Below, piece after piece: positions 38,019 through 47,715 of a DNA stretch of 64,000 bases. The notes under the pieces are model-generated. The model was not told where the DNA came from. It did no database searches and saw only the letters and a list, made by a program, of their open reading frames with translations. The number at the start of each line of letters is the position of its first letter. Positions within the stretch are counted from its first letter, which is position 1. The translations under genes and the position numbers were made by a program. The stretch comes from an uncultured Pelagibacteraceae bacterium (lineage in GTDB: Bacteria > Pseudomonadota > Alphaproteobacteria > Pelagibacterales > Pelagibacteraceae), in NCBI GenBank assembly GCA_902559075.1, contig CACEGO010000004.1:84-64083 (forward strand), written 5' to 3'.

Positions 38019-39381
38019 TTTTAATTTTGTTTTTAATTAACCACAAACAAATTAATGATGGTATCACCATTATAGTCGTTAAAACAAAAAATGTTCCCCA
38101 ATCTCCGTTTAACCAGTCAACTAGAGCTCCCGAGGATGAAGCTAAAGTAGTACGACCAGCAGTACCAATTGAAGCAAGCAATGCGTATTGTGTGGCTGTA
38201 TAAGTTCTATCAACTAGTAATGATATAAATGCAACAAATGCTACAGTTGCAAAAGCTGCTGTGATATCATCAGCTATAACCGCAATTGCAAATAAAATTT
38301 CTGATTTTCCAGTCCATGCTAAAACTGCAAATAAAAGATTGGTTATAGCCATTAACCCACCCGCAAAGAACATAGTTTTAATTGTTCCAGCTCTCATTGC
38401 CATTACCCCACCCAACAAAGTAAATACAACTGTTGTTATCCAGCCAAGACCTTTTGAATAAATTGCAATTTGACCTTTGGAGAAACCAATTTCTTTATAA
38501 AAAACAATAGACATTCTTCCCATAAATGCCTCACCTATTTTAAACAAGAAAACAAATCCTAAAATTCCAGCTGCAATAGCAAAACCATTTTTTCTAAAAA
38601 AACTAATAATAGGTCCGCCTATAGTTCCTGTAATATATGCGATAAAGTTTGTAATAATATTGCTAGATCCAAGTTTTCCTTCAATTAATTTATCTGTTTC
38701 TCTCTGTTTTGCTTGTCTGTTTGTCTCTATAGGTTCATGAACAAACATTAATCCAATATTCATTAAAATTATTAAAATACCTAAAATTAAAAAAGTAGCT
38801 TGCCAATAGTCAGCAATACCTAGGTTTTCAAAAAATTCTGCTGTGAATAAAGCAACAACTCCACCTAATTTATAACCGGTCCACCAGCCAACAACAGCCA
38901 TAGCTGCACCAGCAGCCATTGATTTTCCCTCATTTTCATTTATCTGTTCAATTCTTAATGCATCCACGGTTATATCTTGGGTCGCAGACGCAATGGCAAT
39001 AATTAAGCCTACAGTAATTAATAAAGCCAAATTTTCTGTTGGATTAATCACACTCCAAACAACAAGACTTAACAAAATAATTAATTGCATCAAAACAATC
39101 CAGCCTCTTCTGTGACCTAATTTTTTAGTTAGTATTGGAATTTGAATTCTATCTATAATTGGCGCCCACAAATAATTAAAAGCGTATACGCCAAAAATTA
39201 AACCTGCCCATCCAATTGTTGATCTGCTAAGACCCTCTTCTTTAAGCCAAAGACTTAAGCTGCTTGCAATTAATACCCAAGGAAACCCGCTAATTGAACC
39301 TAACAAAAGAATTCTTACCATTCGAATATCTTTGTAAACTGATAAAGAGTCTAACCAGGATTGTTTTTTAATTTCTGACAT
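38005..39381 (-). CDS. ampG: AmpG-family muropeptide MFS permease
   Basis: LGSISGFP, LWAPIID, RRGW, SATQDITVDALRIE, ATQYALL; ATG at 39381 preceded by GGAG. Confidence 0.88.
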   Translation of the reverse strand: MSEIKKQSWLDSLSVYKDIRMVRILLLGSISGFPWVLIASSLSLWLKEEGLSRSTIGWAGLIFGVYAFNYLWAPIIDRIQIPILTKKLGHRRGWIVLMQLIILLSLVVWSVINPTENLALLITVGLIIAIASATQDITVDALRIEQINENEGKSMAAGAAMAVVGWWTGYKLGGVVALFTAEFFENLGIADYWQATFLILGILIILMNIGLMFVHEPIETNRQAKQRETDKLIEGKLGSSNIITNFIAYITGTIGGPIISFFRKNGFAIAAGILGFVFLFKIGEAFMGRMSIVFYKEIGFSKGQIAIYSKGLGWITTVVFTLLGGVMAMRAGTIKTMFFAGGLMAITNLLFAVLAWTGKSEILFAIAVIADDITAAFATVAFVAFISLLVDRTYTATQYALLASIGTAGRTTLASSSGALVDWLNGDWGTFFVLTTIMVIPSLICLWLIKNKIKIGAK

Positions 39382-39383
39382 AA

Positions 39384-40823
39384 TTAATTTCTCCAAAAAG
39401 ATGGTAAAAACAATACTAATATTGCAAAGAGCTCGAGTCTACCCAAAATCATTCCGACAGTTAAAATCCATTTCGAAATATCTGGAAGAGATGAAAAATC
39501 ACCATTAGGGCCAATTATTGGACCCAATCCTGGTCCAACGTTAGAAATTGATGTGGCTGCTCCAGAAATTGCAGTAATAAAATCAAGTCCAGTTAGCGAA
39601 AGCAAAGCAGTTAAAATAAAAAAAATAACAAAGTAAAAATATATAAATGAAATAATTGAGGCAATAAACTTTTCATCCACAGAATTTTTATCATATTTTA
39701 TGACAAATACTCCTTTGGGATAAATAATTTTTTTTAGTTGATTTAATATAAATAAATATAAAATTTGAATTCTAAAAATTTTTACACCACATGTAGTTGA
39801 ACCAGCACACCCTCCGATAAACATCAATGCAAGAAATATAGTAATAGGAAAACTTCCCCATCCATCAAATTCAGCATTTACATAACCCGTTCCTGTTAAT
39901 ATTGAAATAGTATTAAAAAAAACGGTTCTTAAACTAAAATTCTCGCTACTATTAAAAAATAAATAAATTGATAATATAATAATGCTTATAATTATTATTT
40001 TAATAAAAGTTCTAATTTGAATATCATTTAAAAATATTTTTTTATTTCCATTTATAAATTTAATGTATGCAATAAAGGGTATACTTCCCAAGATTATAAA
40101 AATCATTGAAGATATTTCTATGGGTACACTATCAAAATATCCGATTGATTGATTATAGTTAGAAAATCCTCCAGTTGCTATTGTAGTCATAGAATGAGTT
40201 AAGCTATCAAACTTTCCCATACCAAAAATCCAATATGAGAACGCACAAAGGACCGTTAAACCTGAATAAATATAAATAAGTCTTAAAGCTATTTCTTTTG
40301 ATTTTGGAAGAATTTTTTCTGATGAGTCGTTGCTAGAAATTTTAAATAATTGCATACCCCCAACGTTCATTATAGGCATTAGAGTAATTGCCATTACTAT
40401 TATACCAATACCGCCTAGCCATTGAAGTATTGCTCTCCATAAGAGTATTCCTTTTGGTGCATTTTCTAAGTCAGAGATAATTGTAGATCCAGTTGTTGTT
40501 ATTCCTGACATACTCTCAAAAAAAGCGTCCGTGATTGAAAGTTCCATAGTAGAAAATATGAATGGTAAAGATCCAAAAATAGCAATACTTAACCATGACA
40601 AAGCGGTTAATAAAAAAGCTTGTTGTAGGTTCAATTTTTTATCGTGATCTAGATTTGATAAAAAAAATAAAAAGCCAAAAATAATAGTTGCAATAGATGC
40701 ACCAAAAAATGATGAATCTATTTCAGAGTAAGCAAATTGTGCAATTATAGGTATGAACATTGAAACCCCTAAGATTATTTGTAAAATTCCTAGTGTAAAA
40801 AAAACAGTTTTATAATTAGACAT
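39384..40823 (-). CDS. trkH: Trk potassium uptake membrane protein
   Basis: FESMSGITTTGST, LQWLGGIG, ATGGFS, GGCAGST, NVGPG, GRLE. Confidence 0.95.
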   Translation of the reverse strand: MSNYKTVFFTLGILQIILGVSMFIPIIAQFAYSEIDSSFFGASIATIIFGFLFFLSNLDHDKKLNLQQAFLLTALSWLSIAIFGSLPFIFSTMELSITDAFFESMSGITTTGSTIISDLENAPKGILLWRAILQWLGGIGIIVMAITLMPIMNVGGMQLFKISSNDSSEKILPKSKEIALRLIYIYSGLTVLCAFSYWIFGMGKFDSLTHSMTTIATGGFSNYNQSIGYFDSVPIEISSMIFIILGSIPFIAYIKFINGNKKIFLNDIQIRTFIKIIIISIIILSIYLFFNSSENFSLRTVFFNTISILTGTGYVNAEFDGWGSFPITIFLALMFIGGCAGSTTCGVKIFRIQILYLFILNQLKKIIYPKGVFVIKYDKNSVDEKFIASIISFIYFYFVIFFILTALLSLTGLDFITAISGAATSISNVGPGLGPIIGPNGDFSSLPDISKWILTVGMILGRLELFAILVLFLPSFWRN

Positions 40824-40913
40824 TTTGAAAGAACATTATTTTATGGTAAATAAATTTCAACTCTATAAGAATTAATAAAATCGCTAATTTAAGATTTTAT
40901 AGATGATATATTC

Positions 40914-42476
40914 GTGATTAAAAAAGAAATTTTAGACAAAACAAGTGCTTGGCCTTTCGTTGAAGCAAAAAAAATGCTTCGTGAAAGAAAATCATTCATT
41001 GATAAAAAAGGTAAAATTACTCTTCAAACTGGATATGGTCCCAGTGGACTTCCTCATATCGGAACCTTCGGTGAAGTTGCTAGAACTTCAATGATGGTTA
41101 ATGCACTAAAGCAACTTACAGATATACCAGCAGAAATAATTACTTTTTCCGATGATATGGATGGTTTAAGAAAAGTTCCAGATAATGTACCAAACCAGGA
41201 ATTGCTAAATAAAAATCTACACAAACCATTAACACAAGTTCCAGACCCATTTGAGAAATTTACTAGTTTTGGAGAACATAATAATGAAATGTTAAAAAAT
41301 TTTTTAAATAGTTTTAATTTTAAATATAGCTTTAAAAGCTCAACAACTTTATACAAGAGTGGTTTTTTCAATCCAACTTTAAAAATTATTTTAGAAAATT
41401 ATGATGGTATAATGAATATTATACTTCCAACTTTAGGAAAAGAACGTCAACTAACCTACTGCCCCTTTTTGCCTATTTGTCCAGATACTGGTCATGTTCT
41501 CGAAATACCAGTTATAGAAATTGATAAAAAAAATTCTAAAATAATTTTTGATAATAAGGGTAAAAAATTAGAATCTAGTATTTTGGATGGAAATTGTAAA
41601 TTACAATGGAAAGTTGATTGGGCGATGAGATGGTATGCTTTAGATATAGATTTTGAAATGTATGGAAAAGACCTTATTGAAAGTGCGATTTTATCGACTA
41701 AAATTATAAATTTAATTGGAAAAAAACATCCATCTGGATTTGCTTATGAGTTATTTCTTGATGAAAAGGGTGAAAAAATTTCTAAATCCAAAGGAAACGG
41801 TATTACTATCGATCAGTGGTTAAAATATGCCTCACCTGAAAGTTTATCCTTATATATGTATCAAAATCCAAAGAGAGCAAAAAAACTCTACAAAGAAATA
41901 GTACCAAAAGCCGTAGATGAATATCTTGATAATATTGAAAAATCTAAAAAACAAACAGAGCAACAATTAGTAATGAATCCCGTATGGCACGTTCATAATG
42001 GAGATATTCCAAAGGAAGAAATGATTATGACTTTTTCTATGTTGCTGAATTTAGTTGAAACAAGTAATGCAGATAACAAAGATTTATTATGGAAGTTTGT
42101 TAAAAAATATAAATCTAAAATTCATGAAAAAAACTTTCCAATTTTTGATGGATTAGTTGGTTATGCAATTAAATATTTTAATGATGTTATCAAGGCTCAA
42201 AAAAAATATAAAAATCCATCAGAAAATGAAAAATTAGCTCTACAAGCTTTAGTTAAAACTTTAGAACAATGTAATGATCAAATGTCACCAGAGGATATAC
42301 AGACATTAATTTATTCAACAGGAAAAGAGAATGGTTATGCAGAAAACCTTAGAGATTGGTTTAAATTAATTTATCAAGTGGTATTTGGTGATGAAAATGG
42401 ACCGAGAATGGGTTTTTTTATAAGTTTTTTCGGTATTAACGAAACGAAAGAGTTGATAATTAGTAAATTGAAATAA
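40914..42476 (+). CDS. lysS: Lysine--tRNA ligase, class I
   Basis: GYGPSGLPHIGT, KLQWKVDW, KISKSKGN, GPRMG; GTG start. Confidence 0.95.
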   Translation: MIKKEILDKTSAWPFVEAKKMLRERKSFIDKKGKITLQTGYGPSGLPHIGTFGEVARTSMMVNALKQLTDIPAEIITFSDDMDGLRKVPDNVPNQELLNKNLHKPLTQVPDPFEKFTSFGEHNNEMLKNFLNSFNFKYSFKSSTTLYKSGFFNPTLKIILENYDGIMNIILPTLGKERQLTYCPFLPICPDTGHVLEIPVIEIDKKNSKIIFDNKGKKLESSILDGNCKLQWKVDWAMRWYALDIDFEMYGKDLIESAILSTKIINLIGKKHPSGFAYELFLDEKGEKISKSKGNGITIDQWLKYASPESLSLYMYQNPKRAKKLYKEIVPKAVDEYLDNIEKSKKQTEQQLVMNPVWHVHNGDIPKEEMIMTFSMLLNLVETSNADNKDLLWKFVKKYKSKIHEKNFPIFDGLVGYAIKYFNDVIKAQKKYKNPSENEKLALQALVKTLEQCNDQMSPEDIQTLIYSTGKENGYAENLRDWFKLIYQVVFGDENGPRMGFFISFFGINETKELIISKLK

Positions 42477-43528
42477 TGTATTCAAATTTAAGATCTCTAA
42501 TATTTAAAATAGATCCTGAAAGAGCACATTTTTTAGCAATTCAATCTCTTAAACTTAATTTAGTTTCAAATATATTTGATGAAAACAAAAATGATCCTAT
42601 ATTAAAAACAAAACTATTTAATAAAGATCTTAATAATCCTATAGGTATTGCGGCAGGTTTTGATAAGAATGCAGAGGTGTATAATCCCTTATTTAAATTG
42701 GGTTTTGGATTTGTTGAGGTAGGTACAGTCACTCCGTTAAAACAATACGGAAATGAAAAACCAAGGGTATTTAGACTGGTCGAAGATCAAGCATTAATAA
42801 ATAGGCTAGGTTTTAATAATCATGGATCAGATACAATATTAAATAGAATAAAATCAAATAAAAAATTAGGTGTGTTAGGTGTTAATGTTGGTCCAAATAA
42901 AGATTCTAATGATAGGTTGAATGATTATTTGATTGGATTAGAGAAATTTTCTCAAGTTGCAGACTACATTACAATTAATATTTCTTCACCAAATACTGAA
43001 AATCTTAGAAATTTTCATGACGAAAATAAATTAAAAGAATTACTAAAATCTATTTCTGAGAAAAAAAAAAATTTAAAAACAGAAATTCCTATAGCAGTAA
43101 AGATTTCGCCAGATATAAATGAAAATCAAATTGAACAAATTTCAGAAATACTGTTGGAAAATAATATAAGTGCAATAATAATTTCAAACACATCTGAGGC
43201 CTCTCGAGAAAAACTTCAAAATATACAGAGACATCAAAAAGGTGGTTTGTCTGGAAAACCTATTGAAAAAAAATCAAATCTTTTAATAAGTAAATTCTAT
43301 AATTTAATTAAAGATAAAATTAAAATCATTGGAGTTGGGGGCGTTGATACTGGTAAAGCAGCTTATGATAAGTTTTCATTAGGAGCAGATTACGTTCAGC
43401 TGTATACCGGCATGGTATTTCAAGGACCTAATATTGCTGGTATGATTAAAAAAGACCTAAAAGAATTATTAATAAGAGATGGTGTCAAAAATTATAAAGA
43501 AATTGTGGGAAATAAAACTATTTCTTAA
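42476..43528 (+). CDS. pyrD: Dihydroorotate dehydrogenase (quinone, class 2)
   Basis: [27 protein letters not shown]. Confidence 0.96.
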   Translation: MYSNLRSLIFKIDPERAHFLAIQSLKLNLVSNIFDENKNDPILKTKLFNKDLNNPIGIAAGFDKNAEVYNPLFKLGFGFVEVGTVTPLKQYGNEKPRVFRLVEDQALINRLGFNNHGSDTILNRIKSNKKLGVLGVNVGPNKDSNDRLNDYLIGLEKFSQVADYITINISSPNTENLRNFHDENKLKELLKSISEKKKNLKTEIPIAVKISPDINENQIEQISEILLENNISAIIISNTSEASREKLQNIQRHQKGGLSGKPIEKKSNLLISKFYNLIKDKIKIIGVGGVDTGKAAYDKFSLGADYVQLYTGMVFQGPNIAGMIKKDLKELLIRDGVKNYKEIVGNKTIS

Positions 43529-43539
43529 ATGTATTAAAC

Positions 43540-43568
43540 TTGACGCCTTCACTATCTCGCCTTATATA
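43540..43568 (+). promoter_or_regulatory. Sigma70 promoter for rpmB-yhhQ
   Basis: (C)TTGACG-17 nt-TATATA, 12 nt before the ATG at 43581. Confidence 0.6.
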
Positions 43569-43580
43569 GGCACTGTTATT

Positions 43581-43892
43581 ATGTCAAAAAAATGTGAACT
43601 TACCGGTAAAATTCCTATGAAAGGTCATAATGTTAGTCATGCTAACAACAAGACTAAAAGAAGATTTCTGCCTAATCTTAAAAAGGTAAAATTTACAAGT
43701 GAACTTACTGGAAGAAGTTTAAAACTTACAGTAAGTAATTCAGGAGTAAGATCAGTTGATAAAAAAGGTAGTTTTGATGAATTTTTAAAAACTGTAAAAA
43801 ATAAAAATTTATCTCCTAGATTAAAAAAATTAAAAAAAGTAATTTTAATTAAATCGCCTTATAAAAAGAAACCTATAGCTAAATCAGCTTAA
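43581..43892 (+). CDS. rpmB: 50S ribosomal protein L28
   Basis: [29 protein letters not shown]; start placed at ATG 43581 rather than 43479. Confidence 0.96.
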   Translation: MSKKCELTGKIPMKGHNVSHANNKTKRRFLPNLKKVKFTSELTGRSLKLTVSNSGVRSVDKKGSFDEFLKTVKNKNLSPRLKKLKKVILIKSPYKKKPIAKSA

Positions 43893-44446
43893 TGAACAAA
43901 TTATTTATCACCTTGTCTATAATGATGGGGGTTGTTGTACTATCTTCCAATTATTTAGTTCAATTCCCAATAAACTATTTTGGATTAAATCAGATTCTAA
44001 CTTATGGAGCTTTTAGTTACCCAATAGCTTTTTTAATTACAGATTTAGCAAACAGGTCATATGGAAAATTATTGGCAAGGCAAATTGTGTATTTAGGCTT
44101 TTTAATAGGAATTATATTTACATTATTATTCTCTACCGATTTTGCAGATTTAATCTCTATTAGAATTGCAATAGGGTCAGGGGCAGCTTTTATTACTGCT
44201 CAATTATTAGATATTCAAATTTTTGATCGACTAAGAAAAAAAGAGTGGTTTGTAGCTCCACTTACTTCATCATTAATTGGATCAACAGTTGATACGTTTT
44301 TATTTTTCTCAATTTCATTTTATGCAACTGGAGTGCCTTGGATAACTTTGTCCCTAGGAGATTTGGCGGTAAAAATTCTAGTTGCTCTAATTATGTTAAT
44401 ACCATTTAGAATGTTATTGAAAATTATTAAACCAATTAAAGTTTAA
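43892..44446 (+). CDS. yhhQ: Queuosine precursor transporter (VUT/YhhQ family)
   Basis: SSNYLVQ, TYGAFSYP.AFLITD, QLLDI.IF, VDTFLFF; multi-TM. Confidence 0.8.
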   Translation: MNKLFITLSIMMGVVVLSSNYLVQFPINYFGLNQILTYGAFSYPIAFLITDLANRSYGKLLARQIVYLGFLIGIIFTLLFSTDFADLISIRIAIGSGAAFITAQLLDIQIFDRLRKKEWFVAPLTSSLIGSTVDTFLFFSISFYATGVPWITLSLGDLAVKILVALIMLIPFRMLLKIIKPIKV

Positions 44447-45318
44447 TATAAAAATTTATAAGACAGAATTTTATAAGCTAATTTTGCAACCAGAAAATTA
44501 TAAGAATTAAACCCTTTAATCGGAGAAAGCTCATTAATATCTGCACCAACAATTTTTGAGTTCTTTGCTGCAACTCTTATTATATCTAGTGTTTCATCCC
44601 ACAAAAGTCCTCCTGGTTCAGGTGTACCAGTTGCAGGCATAATACTTGAGTCTAGTCCATCTACATCAAATGTTAGATAAACAGTTTTATTTTTAATCAG
44701 TTTTTTAAATTTAGATAAATTCCATTTTTTTTTATCTTTTGCCCAAAAAATATTAATTCTTGAAGAATTCTTTTTTAAAAATGGGATTTCACTTTCCGAG
44801 ATGTTTCTTATCCCAAATGAAATTAACGAAACATTTTTATAATCCAGACACCTTCTGATTGCTGAAGCATGTGAAAATTTTTCTCCGTTATAACTTTGAC
44901 GCAGATCAGCATGAGCATCAAAATGTAACAGACAAATGTTTTTATATTTTTTAGTAAAAGGAACAATACATCCGGGTGTTATCGAATGTTCTCCACCAAA
45001 AGTCATTGGGAAAAGCTTTTTATCTAAAATCTCTTTATTAATCTTTGAGATTTTATTTAGTGCTTTTTTAATATTTTCATCAATTTTAAACGGTTTTAAA
45101 GTTTTAATTCCTATTTTTTTATAAGGTTCACAGTTAAGTTCTTCATCATATAATTCAACTTGATGAGATGCTTTTATAATTTCTTTAGGTCCATTTTTTG
45201 TACCTCCCCCATAACTGACAGTTTTTTCTAAACCAAATGGAACAATTACAGCTTTTTCTTTGAAGCTAAATTTATTATCAATTCCTAAAAATCCGTTTTT
45301 ATTTGAGAGATATTTCAA
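44443..45318 (-). CDS. speB: Agmatinase-family ureohydrolase
   Basis: GGEHSIT, HFDAHADL, SHAS, FDVDGLD, TGTPEPGG; TTG start. Confidence 0.88.
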   Translation of the reverse strand: MKYLSNKNGFLGIDNKFSFKEKAVIVPFGLEKTVSYGGGTKNGPKEIIKASHQVELYDEELNCEPYKKIGIKTLKPFKIDENIKKALNKISKINKEILDKKLFPMTFGGEHSITPGCIVPFTKKYKNICLLHFDAHADLRQSYNGEKFSHASAIRRCLDYKNVSLISFGIRNISESEIPFLKKNSSRINIFWAKDKKKWNLSKFKKLIKNKTVYLTFDVDGLDSSIMPATGTPEPGGLLWDETLDIIRVAAKNSKIVGADINELSPIKGFNSYNFLVAKLAYKILSYKFLY

Positions 45319-45320
45319 TT

Positions 45321-46364
45321 TTATTTAAAAATTTTTGTAAAGTTTTTTCTTACTCTATTTTTCCACTCACCTTTATGATAAGCATCACTAGCAATTAATG
45401 GTAAAACACTAGTAGCTTCCGCAAATACCATTTGTTCTTTTGTAATATCTACTTTTCCCCATGAACTAGCTTCTTTTAATGTGGAACTACTACAAGCGCC
45501 ATCACGACTATCAGCAACAGTAATTTGAACTGCGTATTTATGCATGTCTACATCTTTTCCTAATAGTTCAGCGCAAATAACAGTATCTTGAATAAAATTT
45601 TTAGGTACACCACCACCAATCATAAATAATCCAGAACCTTTAGATTTGATTTTAATTTCTGTAAGTTCTCTAAATTCCCTAACTGAGTCTATTGTCATAT
45701 GTTTTTTTGGGTTTTGTTCTTGATGCATAACTAACCCAAATCCTGCACTCGAGTCAGTAAAAGCAGGGCAGAAAATAGGAACATTGTTGTCAAAAGCTGT
45801 TTCAATTAAAGAGTCTTTCTTTTTTGAGTTAATTTTTAAATATTTTCCCATTTCATAAATGAACTCTCTTGAGGTATAGCTTCTCGCTTCTAAGTTATTT
45901 GCGATTTCACATATGATTTTATCACACATTTGAAGCTCTTCTTCATCTATGTAGGTATCATAAATTCTATCTATATACTTATTCCTTAACTCAGTATCAT
46001 CTTGAAATTGTGAACCCTGATAATGTTTGAAACCAAGAGCTTCGAAAAAATCCATATCTACTATCGAGGCACCAGTTGCAACAATTGCATCTACCATATT
46101 ATATTTAACTAAATCTTTATAAACATTCATGCATCCAGCTGCTGAAGTAGAGCCTGCTAAAGTAAGGAAAATTGTACAATCTTTATCTTTAAGCATCTCG
46201 TTATAAATATTAGCAGCATTTGCTGTTTCTCTAGAAACAAAAGACATTTTTTCCATTGAGGATATAATTTTTCTAGAGTCGAAAGAAGTTATATCAATGT
46301 GTTCAACAGGACTTTTTAAGAAATCTCTTTTACTGTTATGACCTGGGTTTTTTTGACCTGACAT
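45321..46364 (-). CDS. Deoxyhypusine synthase-like protein (SpeY-type aminobutyl transferase)
   Basis: IDRIYDTYI, CPAFTDSS, GGGVPKN, EASSWGKV (catalytic Lys), EATSVLPL. Confidence 0.88.
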   Translation of the reverse strand: MSGQKNPGHNSKRDFLKSPVEHIDITSFDSRKIISSMEKMSFVSRETANAANIYNEMLKDKDCTIFLTLAGSTSAAGCMNVYKDLVKYNMVDAIVATGASIVDMDFFEALGFKHYQGSQFQDDTELRNKYIDRIYDTYIDEEELQMCDKIICEIANNLEARSYTSREFIYEMGKYLKINSKKKDSLIETAFDNNVPIFCPAFTDSSAGFGLVMHQEQNPKKHMTIDSVREFRELTEIKIKSKGSGLFMIGGGVPKNFIQDTVICAELLGKDVDMHKYAVQITVADSRDGACSSSTLKEASSWGKVDITKEQMVFAEATSVLPLIASDAYHKGEWKNRVRKNFTKIFK

Positions 46365-47548
46365 TAAGCTACCAAGTTAGCTTTGTTAATGTCTTTATCA
46401 TACATTGTCATTATTGGATTATCTTCAACCTCGTAAATTTCATTTGAGTAATAACCATTGAACTGGGTTCTAAACGTCAATCCGTATGCCCCAAGTTGAC
46501 CTAGTTCAATATAATCATTTTCTTTAATATTATTTGGAAGCAAAAAAGGACCCTTCATATAATCCATACTATCACATGTTGGTCCAAAGAAATCAAAAGC
46601 AGTTAATTTTTTTGAAATTATTTTGTTAGAATTTTCTTTAATCATTCTAGATGGGAATACAATATTGGGTGTACCCGCATCAAAAAGAGTACCATAGGTA
46701 CCATCGTTAATATAAAGCTTTTGTTTTTTTCTTAAATTAACCCTTACAAGTGTTGAGCCACTTTCTGCAACTAAAGCTCTGCCAGGCTCACAAATAATTT
46801 CAGGAAGTTTTTCAAGTTTTAAATTTTCTAAACTTTTATTTATTTCACTAAAATAACTATCTAATGATTGTGGAATCAAGTCAGGATAGATTGTAGGGAA
46901 ACCTCCACCTATATTAATATAATTTGGCATAATTTTTGTCTTTTTAATTATATTTCCAATTTCACTAATTCCTTTTGAATAAGAAATAGGATGCATACAC
47001 TGCGAACCAACGTGAAAACTCAAACCAATCTTTTTTGCATATTGTTTTACAAGTCTTAATAAACCTGATGCTTCAGATGTCAAAGCACCAAATTTTTTTG
47101 ATAAATCAATTTCTGCATGTTCATTTGAAACAGCAACTCTTACAAATAACTCTAAATCTCTAGCGTTATTTGTGCTTTCAATTATTTTAATCAGTTCATC
47201 TTTAGTATCTATTGAAAAAGTTTTTACACCATAATTAAAATATGCCTCTTTTATACTTTCTCTACTTTTAACTGTATGCATATAAGAGCATTTAGCTGTA
47301 TTACTAAAATTTCTAATATTTTTAATTTCTTCAATCGAAGCAACATCAAATTGCTCAACTCCACTTTCTATGATTGTTTTGATTACTTCAGGATGTGGAT
47401 TAGTTTTGACTGCATATAAAACTTCACCTGGAAATTTGTTTAAGAAAAATTTAACAGCAGATTTTATGGAATTCTTTCTAATGCAGTAAACTGGTTTTTC
47501 AGGTTTCAGCTGATTAATTAATTCTTCAACTGATTTAAATTTTTGCAT
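46364..47548 (-). CDS. Fold-type III PLP basic amino acid decarboxylase (ODC homolog, probably arginine decarboxylase)
   Basis: YAVKTN (PLP Lys), FHVGSQ, GGGF, EPGR, GPTCDSMD, GAY; ATG at 47548 with GGAGG 8 nt upstream; operon with agmatinase. Confidence 0.85.
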   Translation of the reverse strand: MQKFKSVEELINQLKPEKPVYCIRKNSIKSAVKFFLNKFPGEVLYAVKTNPHPEVIKTIIESGVEQFDVASIEEIKNIRNFSNTAKCSYMHTVKSRESIKEAYFNYGVKTFSIDTKDELIKIIESTNNARDLELFVRVAVSNEHAEIDLSKKFGALTSEASGLLRLVKQYAKKIGLSFHVGSQCMHPISYSKGISEIGNIIKKTKIMPNYINIGGGFPTIYPDLIPQSLDSYFSEINKSLENLKLEKLPEIICEPGRALVAESGSTLVRVNLRKKQKLYINDGTYGTLFDAGTPNIVFPSRMIKENSNKIISKKLTAFDFFGPTCDSMDYMKGPFLLPNNIKENDYIELGQLGAYGLTFRTQFNGYYSNEIYEVEDNPIMTMYDKDINKANLVA

Positions 47549-47715
47549 TTTAAATGCCTCCAAAAAAAATTTAATAAAAAAAAGTCTTTTTTACAAAAAC
47601 TTTAATATTTTCCGCATATAAAAGTAAGCAGCACTAAAGTAAAGCAAATAATTCAAGCCAGAAATGCTTAAAATTCATATATTGTAATATCTCGAAGAGA
47701 CCCCATATAAGGTCC

